Assembly (NCBI GenBank): GCA_028279805.1
Contig: JANQMZ010000007.1
Location: 420,001 to 452,000 of the forward strand
DNA from: an archaeon
GTDB lineage: Archaea; Iainarchaeota; Iainarchaeia; Iainarchaeales; JANQMZ01
Length of the DNA stretch: 32,000 nucleotides
Direction: 5' to 3'
Below, piece by piece: positions 8,407-16,835 of the stretch. The translations under genes and the position numbers were made by a program. The notes beneath the pieces were generated by a model, which saw nothing but the letters and a program-made list of their open reading frames with translations, made no database searches and was not told the DNA's origin. Positions within the stretch are counted from its first letter, which is position 1, and each line of letters begins with the position of its first letter.

Positions 8407-9687
8407 ATGCTGGACACGCCTAACGAAGTTATCTGTGAAGTTTGCAAAATTCAGTTAGACAAAGTTTCAATGGTAAAAATTTTAACAGATTATGAATTGT
8501 TTTTATTGAATCATCCGGCAAGAGTAATAACAATTAATATTCCAATGAAAATGGATTCCGGGGAAATAAAAGTGTTTCCTGCTTTCAGAATTCAATACAA
8601 TGATGCTCGCGGCCCTACAAAAGGAGGAATAAGGTTTCATCCCAATGTTAACATGGAGGAAGTAGAACAACTGGCTTTTTTAATGACATTAAAATGTTCA
8701 CTGGCAAATATTCCTTTCGGAGGGGCAAAAGGAGGCATAACCGTTAATCCAAAAGATTTAAGTGAACGGGAATTGCAGACTTTAAGCAAATTATATGTTA
8801 AAAATTTTCATCCGTTTATAGGGCAGGAAAAAGATATTCCTGCTCCGGACGTTAATACCAATCCGCAAATAATGGCCTGGATGCTGGAAGAATATGAAAC
8901 AATTTTGGGCAAAAGTGTTCCAGCAACTTTTACAGGCAAGCCTGAAGAATTAGGCGGAATTGAAATAAGAAATTCTTCAACTTCTTTAGGAGGTGCAATT
9001 GTTTTGAGAGAATATTTTAAAAGCATTGGAAAAAAACTTGAAGGAATAACAGTTGCAATTCAGGGATTTGGAAATGTTGGTTCACATATGGCCCGCATTT
9101 TAGATGAATGGAATGCAAAAATTGTTGCTGTAAGCGATGCATCAGGTGCTGTTTACAACAAAGACGGGTTGGATATTAAGGAATTGTTTGAAAAAAATCC
9201 AAATGCAATGTCTCTTGAAGGATTAAATGGTGAAAAAATTTCAAATGAAGAATTATTGGAATTGGATGTTGATGTTTTGATTCCGGCTGCAGTTGAAGAC
9301 CAGATTAATGAAAAAAACATGAAAAACATTAAAGCATCCGTTATAATGGAAATGGCTAATGGTCCTGTAAGTGTTGAAGCTGATGATTTTTTGCAGGATA
9401 AAATTACAATAATTCCTGACATTCTGGCAAATGCCGGAGGAGTTACAGGCTCATATCTGGAATGGACTCAGAATTTAAAAAAAGAAGACTGGACAACAAA
9501 AGAATTGGAAACAAAACTTGAAGAATTCATGGTTAATGCTTTTAATGCAATGAATGATTATTCAAAAAAACATTCTTTTCCGATGAGAAAAAGTGCTTAT
9601 GTTTTAGCTGTTGAACGAGTTTTAAAAGCTGAAGCAGCAAGAGGCAACATTTCAAGCATTAAAGCAAAACAAAACGGTTTGAAATAA
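8407..9687 (+). CDS. gdhA: Glutamate dehydrogenase (Glu/Leu/Phe/Val dehydrogenase family)
   Basis: GPTKGGIRFHPNV, FGGAKGGITVNPKDLS, VAIQGFGNVGSHMARIL, ANAGGVTGSYLEW. Track start 8392 is a TTG; ATG at 8407. Confidence 0.93.
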   Translation: MLDTPNEVICEVCKIQLDKVSMVKILTDYELFLLNHPARVITINIPMKMDSGEIKVFPAFRIQYNDARGPTKGGIRFHPNVNMEEVEQLAFLMTLKCSLANIPFGGAKGGITVNPKDLSERELQTLSKLYVKNFHPFIGQEKDIPAPDVNTNPQIMAWMLEEYETILGKSVPATFTGKPEELGGIEIRNSSTSLGGAIVLREYFKSIGKKLEGITVAIQGFGNVGSHMARILDEWNAKIVAVSDASGAVYNKDGLDIKELFEKNPNAMSLEGLNGEKISNEELLELDVDVLIPAAVEDQINEKNMKNIKASVIMEMANGPVSVEADDFLQDKITIIPDILANAGGVTGSYLEWTQNLKKEDWTTKELETKLEEFMVNAFNAMNDYSKKHSFPMRKSAYVLAVERVLKAEAARGNISSIKAKQNGLK

Positions 9688-9737
9688 TTCTTTAAATCAT
9701 TTTTAAATTATTTCTTCACTTATTTTAAAGTGAGAAA

Positions 9738-10268
9738 ATGAAGAAACTATTTTTTCTAATTTTATTTCTGATTTTTTTAATTTTTGTTTTTAATAATCTT
9801 TCATTTAAGGATCAAATGCAGATAAAATCAATAGCAACATGCGGACTTGTCAATGGAAAATTTTGCGAATCAGACAATTTTTGTGCCGGATTAAAAATTG
9901 GAGGACATCCTGGAAACTGTTGCATGGGCTTTTGTTATGACATAGATTGGAAAAGCTGTGACCAAGATTCAGATTGTATTAGAGTAAACAAAACTTGTTG
10001 TTCTTTTAGCAGAACTGCAATAAATAAAAAATATGAGCAGAAATGGAGTCTATTTCTACATCAAGACGGTTGCTACTGTCAAGCATGGATGCCTAGGCCA
10101 TCAATTGACTGGTTTGCAAAACCAGTTTGTGTTGAAAACAAGTGTGTTTTGGATTTAGAGGATTCTTCAGTTTGTGAAAATGAAGAAACTGCTAAACGCG
10201 CTGATTTATGTTATTCTTTATTTGATAAAGATGTGCAAGAAGGAAGGATTTTTGATCAGCCTCGCTAA
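9738..10268 (+). CDS. Cys-rich secreted/membrane-anchored hypothetical protein
   Basis: N-terminal hydrophobic segment followed by multiple Cys (GNCCMGFCYDIDWKSCDQDSDCIRVNKTCC). Confidence 0.6.
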   Translation: MKKLFFLILFLIFLIFVFNNLSFKDQMQIKSIATCGLVNGKFCESDNFCAGLKIGGHPGNCCMGFCYDIDWKSCDQDSDCIRVNKTCCSFSRTAINKKYEQKWSLFLHQDGCYCQAWMPRPSIDWFAKPVCVENKCVLDLEDSSVCENEETAKRADLCYSLFDKDVQEGRIFDQPR

Positions 10269-10303
10269 ACACCTTTTTAAACTATTTTGCCTAATTTTTG
10301 TTA

Positions 10304-10363
10304 ATTGCGAGCTCAAGCGAGCAAGTGCCATTGTAAATGGCACGCGGAGTAACCGTACGCAAT
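10304..10363. ncRNA. Candidate GC-rich structured RNA with cloverleaf-like pairing
   Basis: Closing pairs ATTGCG (10304-10309)/CGCAAT (10358-10363) around hairpins GCTC-AAGC-GAGC, GTGCCATT-GTA-AATGGCAC (10325-10343) and CGG-AGTAA-CCG. Confidence 0.35.
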
Positions 10364-10370
10364 CGGTTGT

Positions 10371-10442
10371 GCCCTGGTAGTCTAGTGGTTAGGATACGGC
10401 CCTGTCGAGGCTGTGACTCGGGTTCGAATCCCGGCCAGGGCG
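10371..10442 (+). tRNA. tRNA-Asp (anticodon GTC)
   Basis: Acceptor GCCCTGG/CCAGGGC, D-arm AGTCTAGTGGTTAGGAT, anticodon arm CGGCC-CTGTCGA-GGCTG, T-arm CTCGGGTTCGAATCCCG. Confidence 0.95.
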
Positions 10443-10464
10443 CTTTAAAATAATGGTGATGTGA

Positions 10465-10704
10465 ATGAAAACAATGACTTGTAAACAGCTTGGGGGTTCT
10501 TGTGATAAAGAATTTCATGCTGAAACTTTTGATGAAATGGCTGAAATGAGTAAAAATCATGGCATGGAAATGTTTGAAAAAAACGATGAAGAGCATATTA
10601 AAGCTATGGAAGAAATGAAAAAACTAATGAATAATCCTGATGCTTTGAAAGAATGGATGGAAAACAAGCAAAAAGAATTTGATGAATTGCCTGAAGACAA
10701 TTAA
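10465..10704 (+). CDS. DUF1059-like small protein
   Basis: MKTMTCKQLGGSCDKEFHAETFDEMAEMSKNHGMEMF pattern. Confidence 0.7.
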   Translation: MKTMTCKQLGGSCDKEFHAETFDEMAEMSKNHGMEMFEKNDEEHIKAMEEMKKLMNNPDALKEWMENKQKEFDELPEDN

Positions 10705-10744
10705 TTTTGTTTGAATTTTTTTCTGGTTTTTTTTAAGTGATTTT

Positions 10745-11500
10745 GTGAATTTGTTTGAAGCAATAATTTTAGGAATTTTACAGGGAGTATTTGAATGGCT
10801 GCCTGTTAGCAGTCAGGGTCAAATTATTGCTGTTGCAATTGCTTTTTTTCAGATTTCAACACAGGAGGCTTTAAAGCATTCAATTTTTTTACATACAGGA
10901 ACTTTGATTGCTGCAATTATTTTTTTCAGAAAAGAATTAATTAAAATAATTCAAGGAGAAAACCCGGAATTAAGAAATTTTATTTTAATTGCTGTTTTGG
11001 CAACAATTATAACTGCTGTTCCGAGTTTTTTTATTTTAAAACAATTAATTTTTTCTTCAACAATTTTATTGTTTTTAATCGGATTTTTATTAATAATAAC
11101 CGGATTATTACAAAAAATTAAACAAAAACAAATAAAACCAAAATTAAACAAAAAAAATTCAATAATATTAGGCTTAATGCAAGGCTTTTCAGTATTACCA
11201 GGAATAAGTAGGTCAGGAATAACAACAGCAACACTATTATTCGAAGGATTTGAACCGGAAGAAGCTTTTAGGATTAGTTTTTTGCTAAGTGTTCCAACAG
11301 TTTTAATTGGAGAAATAGCTTATGGATTAGTTGAAGGATTTAGCTTTGAATTTAATTCCTTAATTGCTTTAGTATTTGCTTTTGTATTCGGATTAATATC
11401 AATTGATTTGCTGTTGAAACTGGCTAAAAGGATTAGCTTCAGTTGGTTTGCGATTGGTTTTGGATTAATTTATTTGATTATTGGGTTGGTTGGGGTTTGA
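10745..11500 (+). CDS. uppP: Undecaprenyl-diphosphatase-like UppP/BacA family protein
   Basis: ILGILQGVFEWLPVSSQGQ, FLHTGTLIAAIIFFRKE, GLMQGFSVLPGISRSGITTATLL signatures. Confidence 0.92.
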   Translation: MNLFEAIILGILQGVFEWLPVSSQGQIIAVAIAFFQISTQEALKHSIFLHTGTLIAAIIFFRKELIKIIQGENPELRNFILIAVLATIITAVPSFFILKQLIFSSTILLFLIGFLLIITGLLQKIKQKQIKPKLNKKNSIILGLMQGFSVLPGISRSGITTATLLFEGFEPEEAFRISFLLSVPTVLIGEIAYGLVEGFSFEFNSLIALVFAFVFGLISIDLLLKLAKRISFSWFAIGFGLIYLIIGLVGV

Positions 11501-11518
11501 ATATTGTTTGTACAGACA

Positions 11519-12193
11519 CTAATCAAAAGGAATTAAACGATTCTCGATAAAATCTAACATCTCTTTAACATCTGACTCTTTATATTTATCAAAATGTCCG
11601 TGTGCTGCGTCACTACCAACATCAATATGTCCTTGAATTTTTCTCCAAAAAGATTTATCAAAAACCCCTTCAGATTTTAATTTATCATTAATTGTACCGA
11701 CCATTTCATTACCAGAAAGTTTAATTTCTTTTTTCTTACAAATATCTCTCAATTCTTCTTCAATAACAATTCTACCATAAATAGCTGCTGTGTCTTTATT
11801 TTTATTTTTCAAAAAATGTTTTGCCTGTTGAAGAATAGAATCAAAAATATCAGAAGCAACCAAATGATTAATTTTGTACAAAAAACCTTTTTTTATTTCC
11901 TCTTTTGCGCTTTCAAGTATCCTAACTGCGCTAGATAATTTCCCACGATAATTAAGCCCTCTGCTATTCAAAGCGTTTTGCAACATTTTATAGTGGATTT
12001 CTTTACCAAAAGTTTTTTCAATTAAGTTTAAAGCAGAAGGTGCCCATTTTAACCACAGATAATATCCATCAGTATCCCTTATACGGCCCAAGTTTCTAAT
12101 ACTGCTTCTCATTATTGGCACTCTTTCGAATCCTACCTCGTTTATAAGCTCATTAAATCTTTTTAAAATAGAATCTCTCATCCAAAATTTCAC
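11519..12193 (-). CDS. Hypothetical protein with DUF4145/HEPN-like C-terminal helical region
   Basis: C-terminal AAIYGRIVIEEELRDICKKKEIKLSG...GHIDVGSDAAHGHFDKYKESDVKEMLDFIENRL. Confidence 0.5.
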   Translation of the reverse strand: MKFWMRDSILKRFNELINEVGFERVPIMRSSIRNLGRIRDTDGYYLWLKWAPSALNLIEKTFGKEIHYKMLQNALNSRGLNYRGKLSSAVRILESAKEEIKKGFLYKINHLVASDIFDSILQQAKHFLKNKNKDTAAIYGRIVIEEELRDICKKKEIKLSGNEMVGTINDKLKSEGVFDKSFWRKIQGHIDVGSDAAHGHFDKYKESDVKEMLDFIENRLIPFD

Positions 12194-12225
12194 TACAAAT
12201 CTATTTAAAAAATTAAAGCTTTTTA

Positions 12226-13413
12226 ATGGTGGTTATGGATGAGAGAATAGAAGAACATTTTTCAACATTGGACTTAGATTTAAGAAAAACTAGATTTTCT
12301 AGATTTATCGACCAAAAAGTCACTCCAGACGTTTTATCTTTCATTGCAGATTGTATAATGGCACATACTGGAGGAAATGAAGAAAAAAAATTTAGAGTAA
12401 AGGACATATGGAACTCCGAATACTTCAAAAAAAACGTAATTCAAATATATAGCAAGCCGTCACCAGAAAATGAAACGGCGACACACGAATATGACAAGTT
12501 TATTGGACAACCTATGAGACTTTTGAACTACGGAAAAATAATAGAATCAGAAAAAAAAGGGAACGCTAATTTTTACTGGTGCTCAAATCCAGAAATACTC
12601 AACTATATATCAATGAATGAAACATATTCATTTAATTTTCTTTATTTATATCTAAAAAAAGTTTTAGATGATAGCGGATTTTTACAACATATAGAAAGAT
12701 ATAAGGAAAATGATAACCCGCAAAATTTTAGAGAATTGAAAAATAGGTTTCAAATATTTATTAGAGGGAACACAAAAATAAATACAGATGTTGAGATAAA
12801 TAGGATCTTTCCAAAAGTGCTTAACATATTTTCTGTAAAATGGAACATACGAGGAAGTAAAAAGGGAAGAATTTCCAGACACAGATTCAATTTTTCAGAT
12901 TTAACTTACAATGAAATAAATTGGAGAGATATAAAAAAAGACAAGAGAACTACTAGAACAGAGGCACAAAATAGAGAATTGGAAAAAGTAAAAAAATATG
13001 AAAAGTATACTGTTGAAAAAGCCAAAAGGATAATAAGAAAAAAATATAGAGAAACAGAAATAAAAGATCGGTGGGCTGGAGGAAAAGCAACACAAGTGCA
13101 CCATATTTTTCCGGAACACGAATATCCACAATTTGCAGCTTATCTTGAAAACCTAATAAAACTAACACCAGACCAGCATTTCACGAAAGCACACCCAAAC
13201 AATAGTACAAAAGATATAGATAAAACATATCAACTTGATTTGGTTATAGCTAAAATATACAGCATAGAAGATTCTTTATCAAAAAAAGAAACATATTACC
13301 ATAAAGATAGACTCATAGAACTATTGAACGAAACATTAGGAATCGAAATGTCTCAAATAACCTCCTTTGATGAAATCAGAAAAAAAATAAAAGAAATTCA
13401 ACTAAGTTTCTAA
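12226..13413 (+). CDS. HNH-family putative type II restriction endonuclease
   Basis: C-terminal WAGGKATQVHHIFPEHEYPQFAAYLENLIKLTPDQHFTKAHP (HNH/beta-beta-alpha-Me motif); convergent with adjacent methyltransferase, 12-nt overlap. Start may be ATG 12235. Confidence 0.7.
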   Translation: MVVMDERIEEHFSTLDLDLRKTRFSRFIDQKVTPDVLSFIADCIMAHTGGNEEKKFRVKDIWNSEYFKKNVIQIYSKPSPENETATHEYDKFIGQPMRLLNYGKIIESEKKGNANFYWCSNPEILNYISMNETYSFNFLYLYLKKVLDDSGFLQHIERYKENDNPQNFRELKNRFQIFIRGNTKINTDVEINRIFPKVLNIFSVKWNIRGSKKGRISRHRFNFSDLTYNEINWRDIKKDKRTTRTEAQNRELEKVKKYEKYTVEKAKRIIRKKYRETEIKDRWAGGKATQVHHIFPEHEYPQFAAYLENLIKLTPDQHFTKAHPNNSTKDIDKTYQLDLVIAKIYSIEDSLSKKETYYHKDRLIELLNETLGIEMSQITSFDEIRKKIKEIQLSF

Positions 13414-15945
13414 TTTTCCGAAAAAATAAATTGAATTGCTATCGATGTTCATAGATCTAGTGCTTCTGTTTCTAGCAACGCTATAAAATTCTCTGAACTC
13501 AGAAGTGCTATAATAATTCAATGTTTTCTCATCAATTTCTGTTCCATTTTTTGGTTGAGCAATAGCCACTGAACCATCACAAATAGCGTTTTCCGGCATA
13601 AAACATGCTCTGGGATAATAAGTAAGATTTGGTATTAAAACAGAATTTCTAGAATTTAAAAATTTTTTAACCGTTAAGGAAGATGCCTCTCTATTACTGA
13701 TATATTTATCGTAACCGGAAATATCTTTTATTTTGTTATTCCCAATATTTCTAGATTTTAAAACTCTATATTTTCCTTTGTCGTAAAGAATTTTATTTGT
13801 AATCTGTCTATCTCTAAAAACTTTGAATATGTCAAATTTCATCTTTTTACTTATTTTATTAAAAAAATTGTTCCTGTAAATTAACCAATAAGGAAAAATA
13901 TCTGAAGCCATCTCCAATTGCTCTAAAAATCTTGCGTTTTTAGTTACATAAGACTCTATTTTTACCATATTCTTGGGGGTTCTTCTATTTCTTTTCAAGA
14001 TGAACCCAATAGTTTCTATCTTAACATCAAAAGCTTTTTCGCCAAAATCAACAATTTTTACAATGTTATATTGATTCATTAATTCCCTTGTTTTATTAAA
14101 TTCAGGAGTAGACAATAAACTTTTTGGGACAATAAATGAAATAAAATCGCCCAATGTTATTGCTCTTTCAATGAAAAAAGAAAAAAGATTATTTGTATCT
14201 TTGTTATTTTTCCCTCGCTTGTAATGTTTTAACAATTTTTTGTTGTTAACAACTTTTTTAAACGGAGGATTCCCCAATATAACATCATATTTAAAATTGC
14301 CATTATAAAAAATAAAATCAGCGTTTATATATTTTATTTTGAAATTATTTGGGATTCTTAATTTTTTTACTAAAATTTTTAAGAGGGTTATTGATTTTTT
14401 GTCTATATCTATAACATCTAAACTTACTTTTTTATTGTTTTTATATTTAGCTATAAGTGAGGGTAAAAAATTTCCTGCACCCACTGCGGGTTCAAGTAAG
14501 TGAATCTCTTTCTTGTTCTTAAAATCTGGTAAATCCTTAACAAGAGAAAAACAAATATTTGAGGGGGTATAGTAAGCGGAATTTTTTAATCTTTTTGCAT
14601 TAGAAAGTTCGGCGATCTTAGAAAGTGTATTGTATGAATATTTTTTTAGGTTTGTATTAATAAATGACTTAAGCTTACTGTGAGAGTCTAATTTGTTTTT
14701 TTCTATTATTTTTATTATTTTAGGTTTTGTTAACTCTTGATCTTTCAGTGCCCCTCTTATATTTCCAGCTATTTTTCTAAAAATAATTGTTGGCACAGCT
14801 TCTCCCACACACCTCCTTATGTTCAACTCATTTTTCTTTAAAAAAAATCTTTTCTTGTCCAAAGACTTATGATTGAGCACGTCAAAAGGAATTTTTGACC
14901 ATTTAAAGTTCCTTGGAATTGTCATTAGTTTCATGATTTCTCTAATTGAAAAAACTCTGTGGTCTCTTGGATGTATAGTCCACTGACTTGCTAAAATATC
15001 ATTTCTAGTATGTATACAATAAGCTGGTTTATCCCAGTAACATCTTTTGTATTTATCACCACTTTTGTTTTTGTTAAACACTATTTTATCATTTTTTATT
15101 CTGTGAGGAATTCTAGCACGAGCTCTATTCTCAAAGGCAGATTGCCCTTCTTTCAAATTTTCTATCCATTTAAGCATATATTTTGGAAATTTTCTATAGG
15201 AATGATAAATGTCCGAATAATCTATTTCGCCCATTTTTTTTAAAGGTTTTAATTTTCCAATGGTTTGTCTAACGGTTTTTTCTTTTTCTTTTGATGGAAA
15301 AAGCTCTAATGGGGAAATATCTATTAAATCTTTTCTAACTCCAATTACAAGAGTTCTTGTTCTTTGAGAAGGGCTTCCATAGTCCTTAAAATTTATAACT
15401 TCAGAATGAACATTATAATTTGTGAGATTTGACTCTATTGCTTCTTTTATTGACTTTAGATTTCCGTCAGAGTCAGTGCATTTTGTATTTAAAAAAGTCC
15501 TAACATTCTCAAACAAAAATATTTTTGGATTAATTTTTTTAGTTACTATTATGGATTCAACTACCAATGAATTTCTTTTTAACTCGTTTTTTTTATTATG
15601 ATTCGCTACAGACATTCCCTGACAAGGAGGCGTAGCCACAACAACATCAATTTCTTTTAAGCCGGTCTTTCTTTTCCAATGCTCTGTTTCTTTGTAAACT
15701 TTTTTTTTGATTTTTTCTTGACTCAAGTCTCCTAAAATATATCCTGAATCATGCTCGCATTTATTATTATATTTTTGAATATTGAGTCTTTCTTCAGAAA
15801 CTTCGTTTGTAGCTACACAGTTAAATTCTGTAAGATTGAACCCATTACATCCCACACCAGCACCACTGAAAAGGCTTACATAAGAAAGTGTCTGGCCTTT
15901 GCTTGAATCTTTATGGCGAGGCATTTTTTCATTCTCCCTTTCCAA
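13402..15945 (-). CDS. Bifunctional modification methyltransferase: N-terminal m5C MTase fused to C-terminal Eco57I-like N6-adenine MTase
   Basis: m5C motifs: SLFSGAGVGCNGF (I), VVVATPPCQGMS (IV), FLFENVRTF (VI), SQRTRTLVIGVR (VIII), CVGEAVPTIIFRKIAGNI (X). m6A motifs: YYTPSNICFSLV (X), HLLEPAVGAGNFLPSLI (I), YDVILGNPPFKK (IV NPPF). Confidence 0.9.
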   Translation of the reverse strand: MERENEKMPRHKDSSKGQTLSYVSLFSGAGVGCNGFNLTEFNCVATNEVSEERLNIQKYNNKCEHDSGYILGDLSQEKIKKKVYKETEHWKRKTGLKEIDVVVATPPCQGMSVANHNKKNELKRNSLVVESIIVTKKINPKIFLFENVRTFLNTKCTDSDGNLKSIKEAIESNLTNYNVHSEVINFKDYGSPSQRTRTLVIGVRKDLIDISPLELFPSKEKEKTVRQTIGKLKPLKKMGEIDYSDIYHSYRKFPKYMLKWIENLKEGQSAFENRARARIPHRIKNDKIVFNKNKSGDKYKRCYWDKPAYCIHTRNDILASQWTIHPRDHRVFSIREIMKLMTIPRNFKWSKIPFDVLNHKSLDKKRFFLKKNELNIRRCVGEAVPTIIFRKIAGNIRGALKDQELTKPKIIKIIEKNKLDSHSKLKSFINTNLKKYSYNTLSKIAELSNAKRLKNSAYYTPSNICFSLVKDLPDFKNKKEIHLLEPAVGAGNFLPSLIAKYKNNKKVSLDVIDIDKKSITLLKILVKKLRIPNNFKIKYINADFIFYNGNFKYDVILGNPPFKKVVNNKKLLKHYKRGKNNKDTNNLFSFFIERAITLGDFISFIVPKSLLSTPEFNKTRELMNQYNIVKIVDFGEKAFDVKIETIGFILKRNRRTPKNMVKIESYVTKNARFLEQLEMASDIFPYWLIYRNNFFNKISKKMKFDIFKVFRDRQITNKILYDKGKYRVLKSRNIGNNKIKDISGYDKYISNREASSLTVKKFLNSRNSVLIPNLTYYPRACFMPENAICDGSVAIAQPKNGTEIDEKTLNYYSTSEFREFYSVARNRSTRSMNIDSNSIYFFGKLET

Positions 15946-16057
15946 AGTGAACTGTCTCTAAAACAAACTTTTGAGACGAACCTATAACATAATACTTTTA
16001 TAATTTAAAAGTTGACGATATCAGTTTAAAGCTACTGAGAGCACATTTCCGCTGAAA

Positions 16058-16270
16058 TTACTGCGAATTTTTACACTGACATGGATTTCCGCCAGACATC
16101 ATTCCGGAAACCCAGTTATGCACTTTCACTTTTCCACATTTTTTACAACTTGCGTTTTTTACAGCTCTGGCGGTTCTTTCGTTCCATTTTTCCATTATTT
16201 TGTCTTCTTCTCTTCTTGAATTCAAAAATTCTTTTAATTCAATTATTTCAGTTTTAGTTAATTCAGTCAT
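16058..16270 (-). CDS. Small putative zinc-binding protein
   Basis: MTELTKTEIIELKEFLNSRREEDKIMEKWNERTARAVKNASCKKCGKVKVHNWVSGMMSGGNPCQCKNSQ; CxxC...CxC. Confidence 0.55.
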   Translation of the reverse strand: MTELTKTEIIELKEFLNSRREEDKIMEKWNERTARAVKNASCKKCGKVKVHNWVSGMMSGGNPCQCKNSQ

Positions 16271-16293
16271 AAAAAAAAGAATTATTCTTATTA

Positions 16294-16798
16294 TTAATTG
16301 GTTTTTGGTTCAATGGTGTAATTGAATTCAAACTTTCCGAAAATATATTCGTTTTTCTTCTTCTTTTGAGGAATTTTTTGATTTTTTATTAATCCAAAGG
16401 CTTTCTATATTTTTCAATATCTGTGGACATTTTATTATTAAATCTAACATGCTTTGTTAGTGTGTGCTTAAATTTATCAATATCTGATTTTTTAAAAATT
16501 GCTAACTTTGGCTTTTTAGTCTCTGTGTTAAAATGAATAACATACAAATGTGTTGGACGGAACTTTAGACCTGAGGGGGTTTCAATAAATTCATATATAT
16601 ACGCATCAGGAATTCCTTTGTCCGATTCTGAAGTTTTAACCTCAATTAATCTAGGATCTTCTTTTTTTTTAAATCAACACTTATTATATCCATTCCTGAA
16701 TATTTTCTATTGCTCTGAACATCTGTTGGGAATCGACCATTAGCTGTTTCATATTTAATAACAATATCAATTCCTTTTTGTGCTAAATTTTTAGTCAT
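16294..16798 (-). pseudogene. Frame-disrupted DUF3883-like (NO VEIN / PD-(D/E)xK-like) nuclease-domain gene
   Basis: Frame 1: MTKNLAQKGIDIVIKYETANGRFPTDVQSNRKYSGMDIISVDLKKK; frame 2 after an A9 tract (T9 at 16662-16670 on +): EDPRLIEVKTSESDKGIPDAYIYEFIETPSGLKFRPTHLYVIHFNTETKKPKLAIFKKSDIDKFKHTLTKHVRFNNK..., in-frame stop at 16389-16391; a third frame stays open to the stop at 16294-16296. Confidence 0.6.
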
Positions 16799-16835
16799 TT
16801 TTTACTCACTTTCCAATTAATTTTTTTATCACAAA

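Noticed and set aside
10174-10380. ORF track entry (68 aa, +)
   Set aside because: Overlaps the end of the 9738 gene, the candidate ncRNA and the start of the tRNA; low-complexity translation with no support.
10371-10442. tRNA-Asp as an integration (att) site for the island
   Set aside because: No second copy of the tRNA 3' segment (ggttcgaatcccggccagggc) was noticed downstream, no integrase is present, and DUF1059 and uppP genes lie between the tRNA and the island.
15010-15243. Plus-strand ORF inside the methyltransferase gene
   Set aside because: Antisense to conserved m5C MTase sequence; no coding character.
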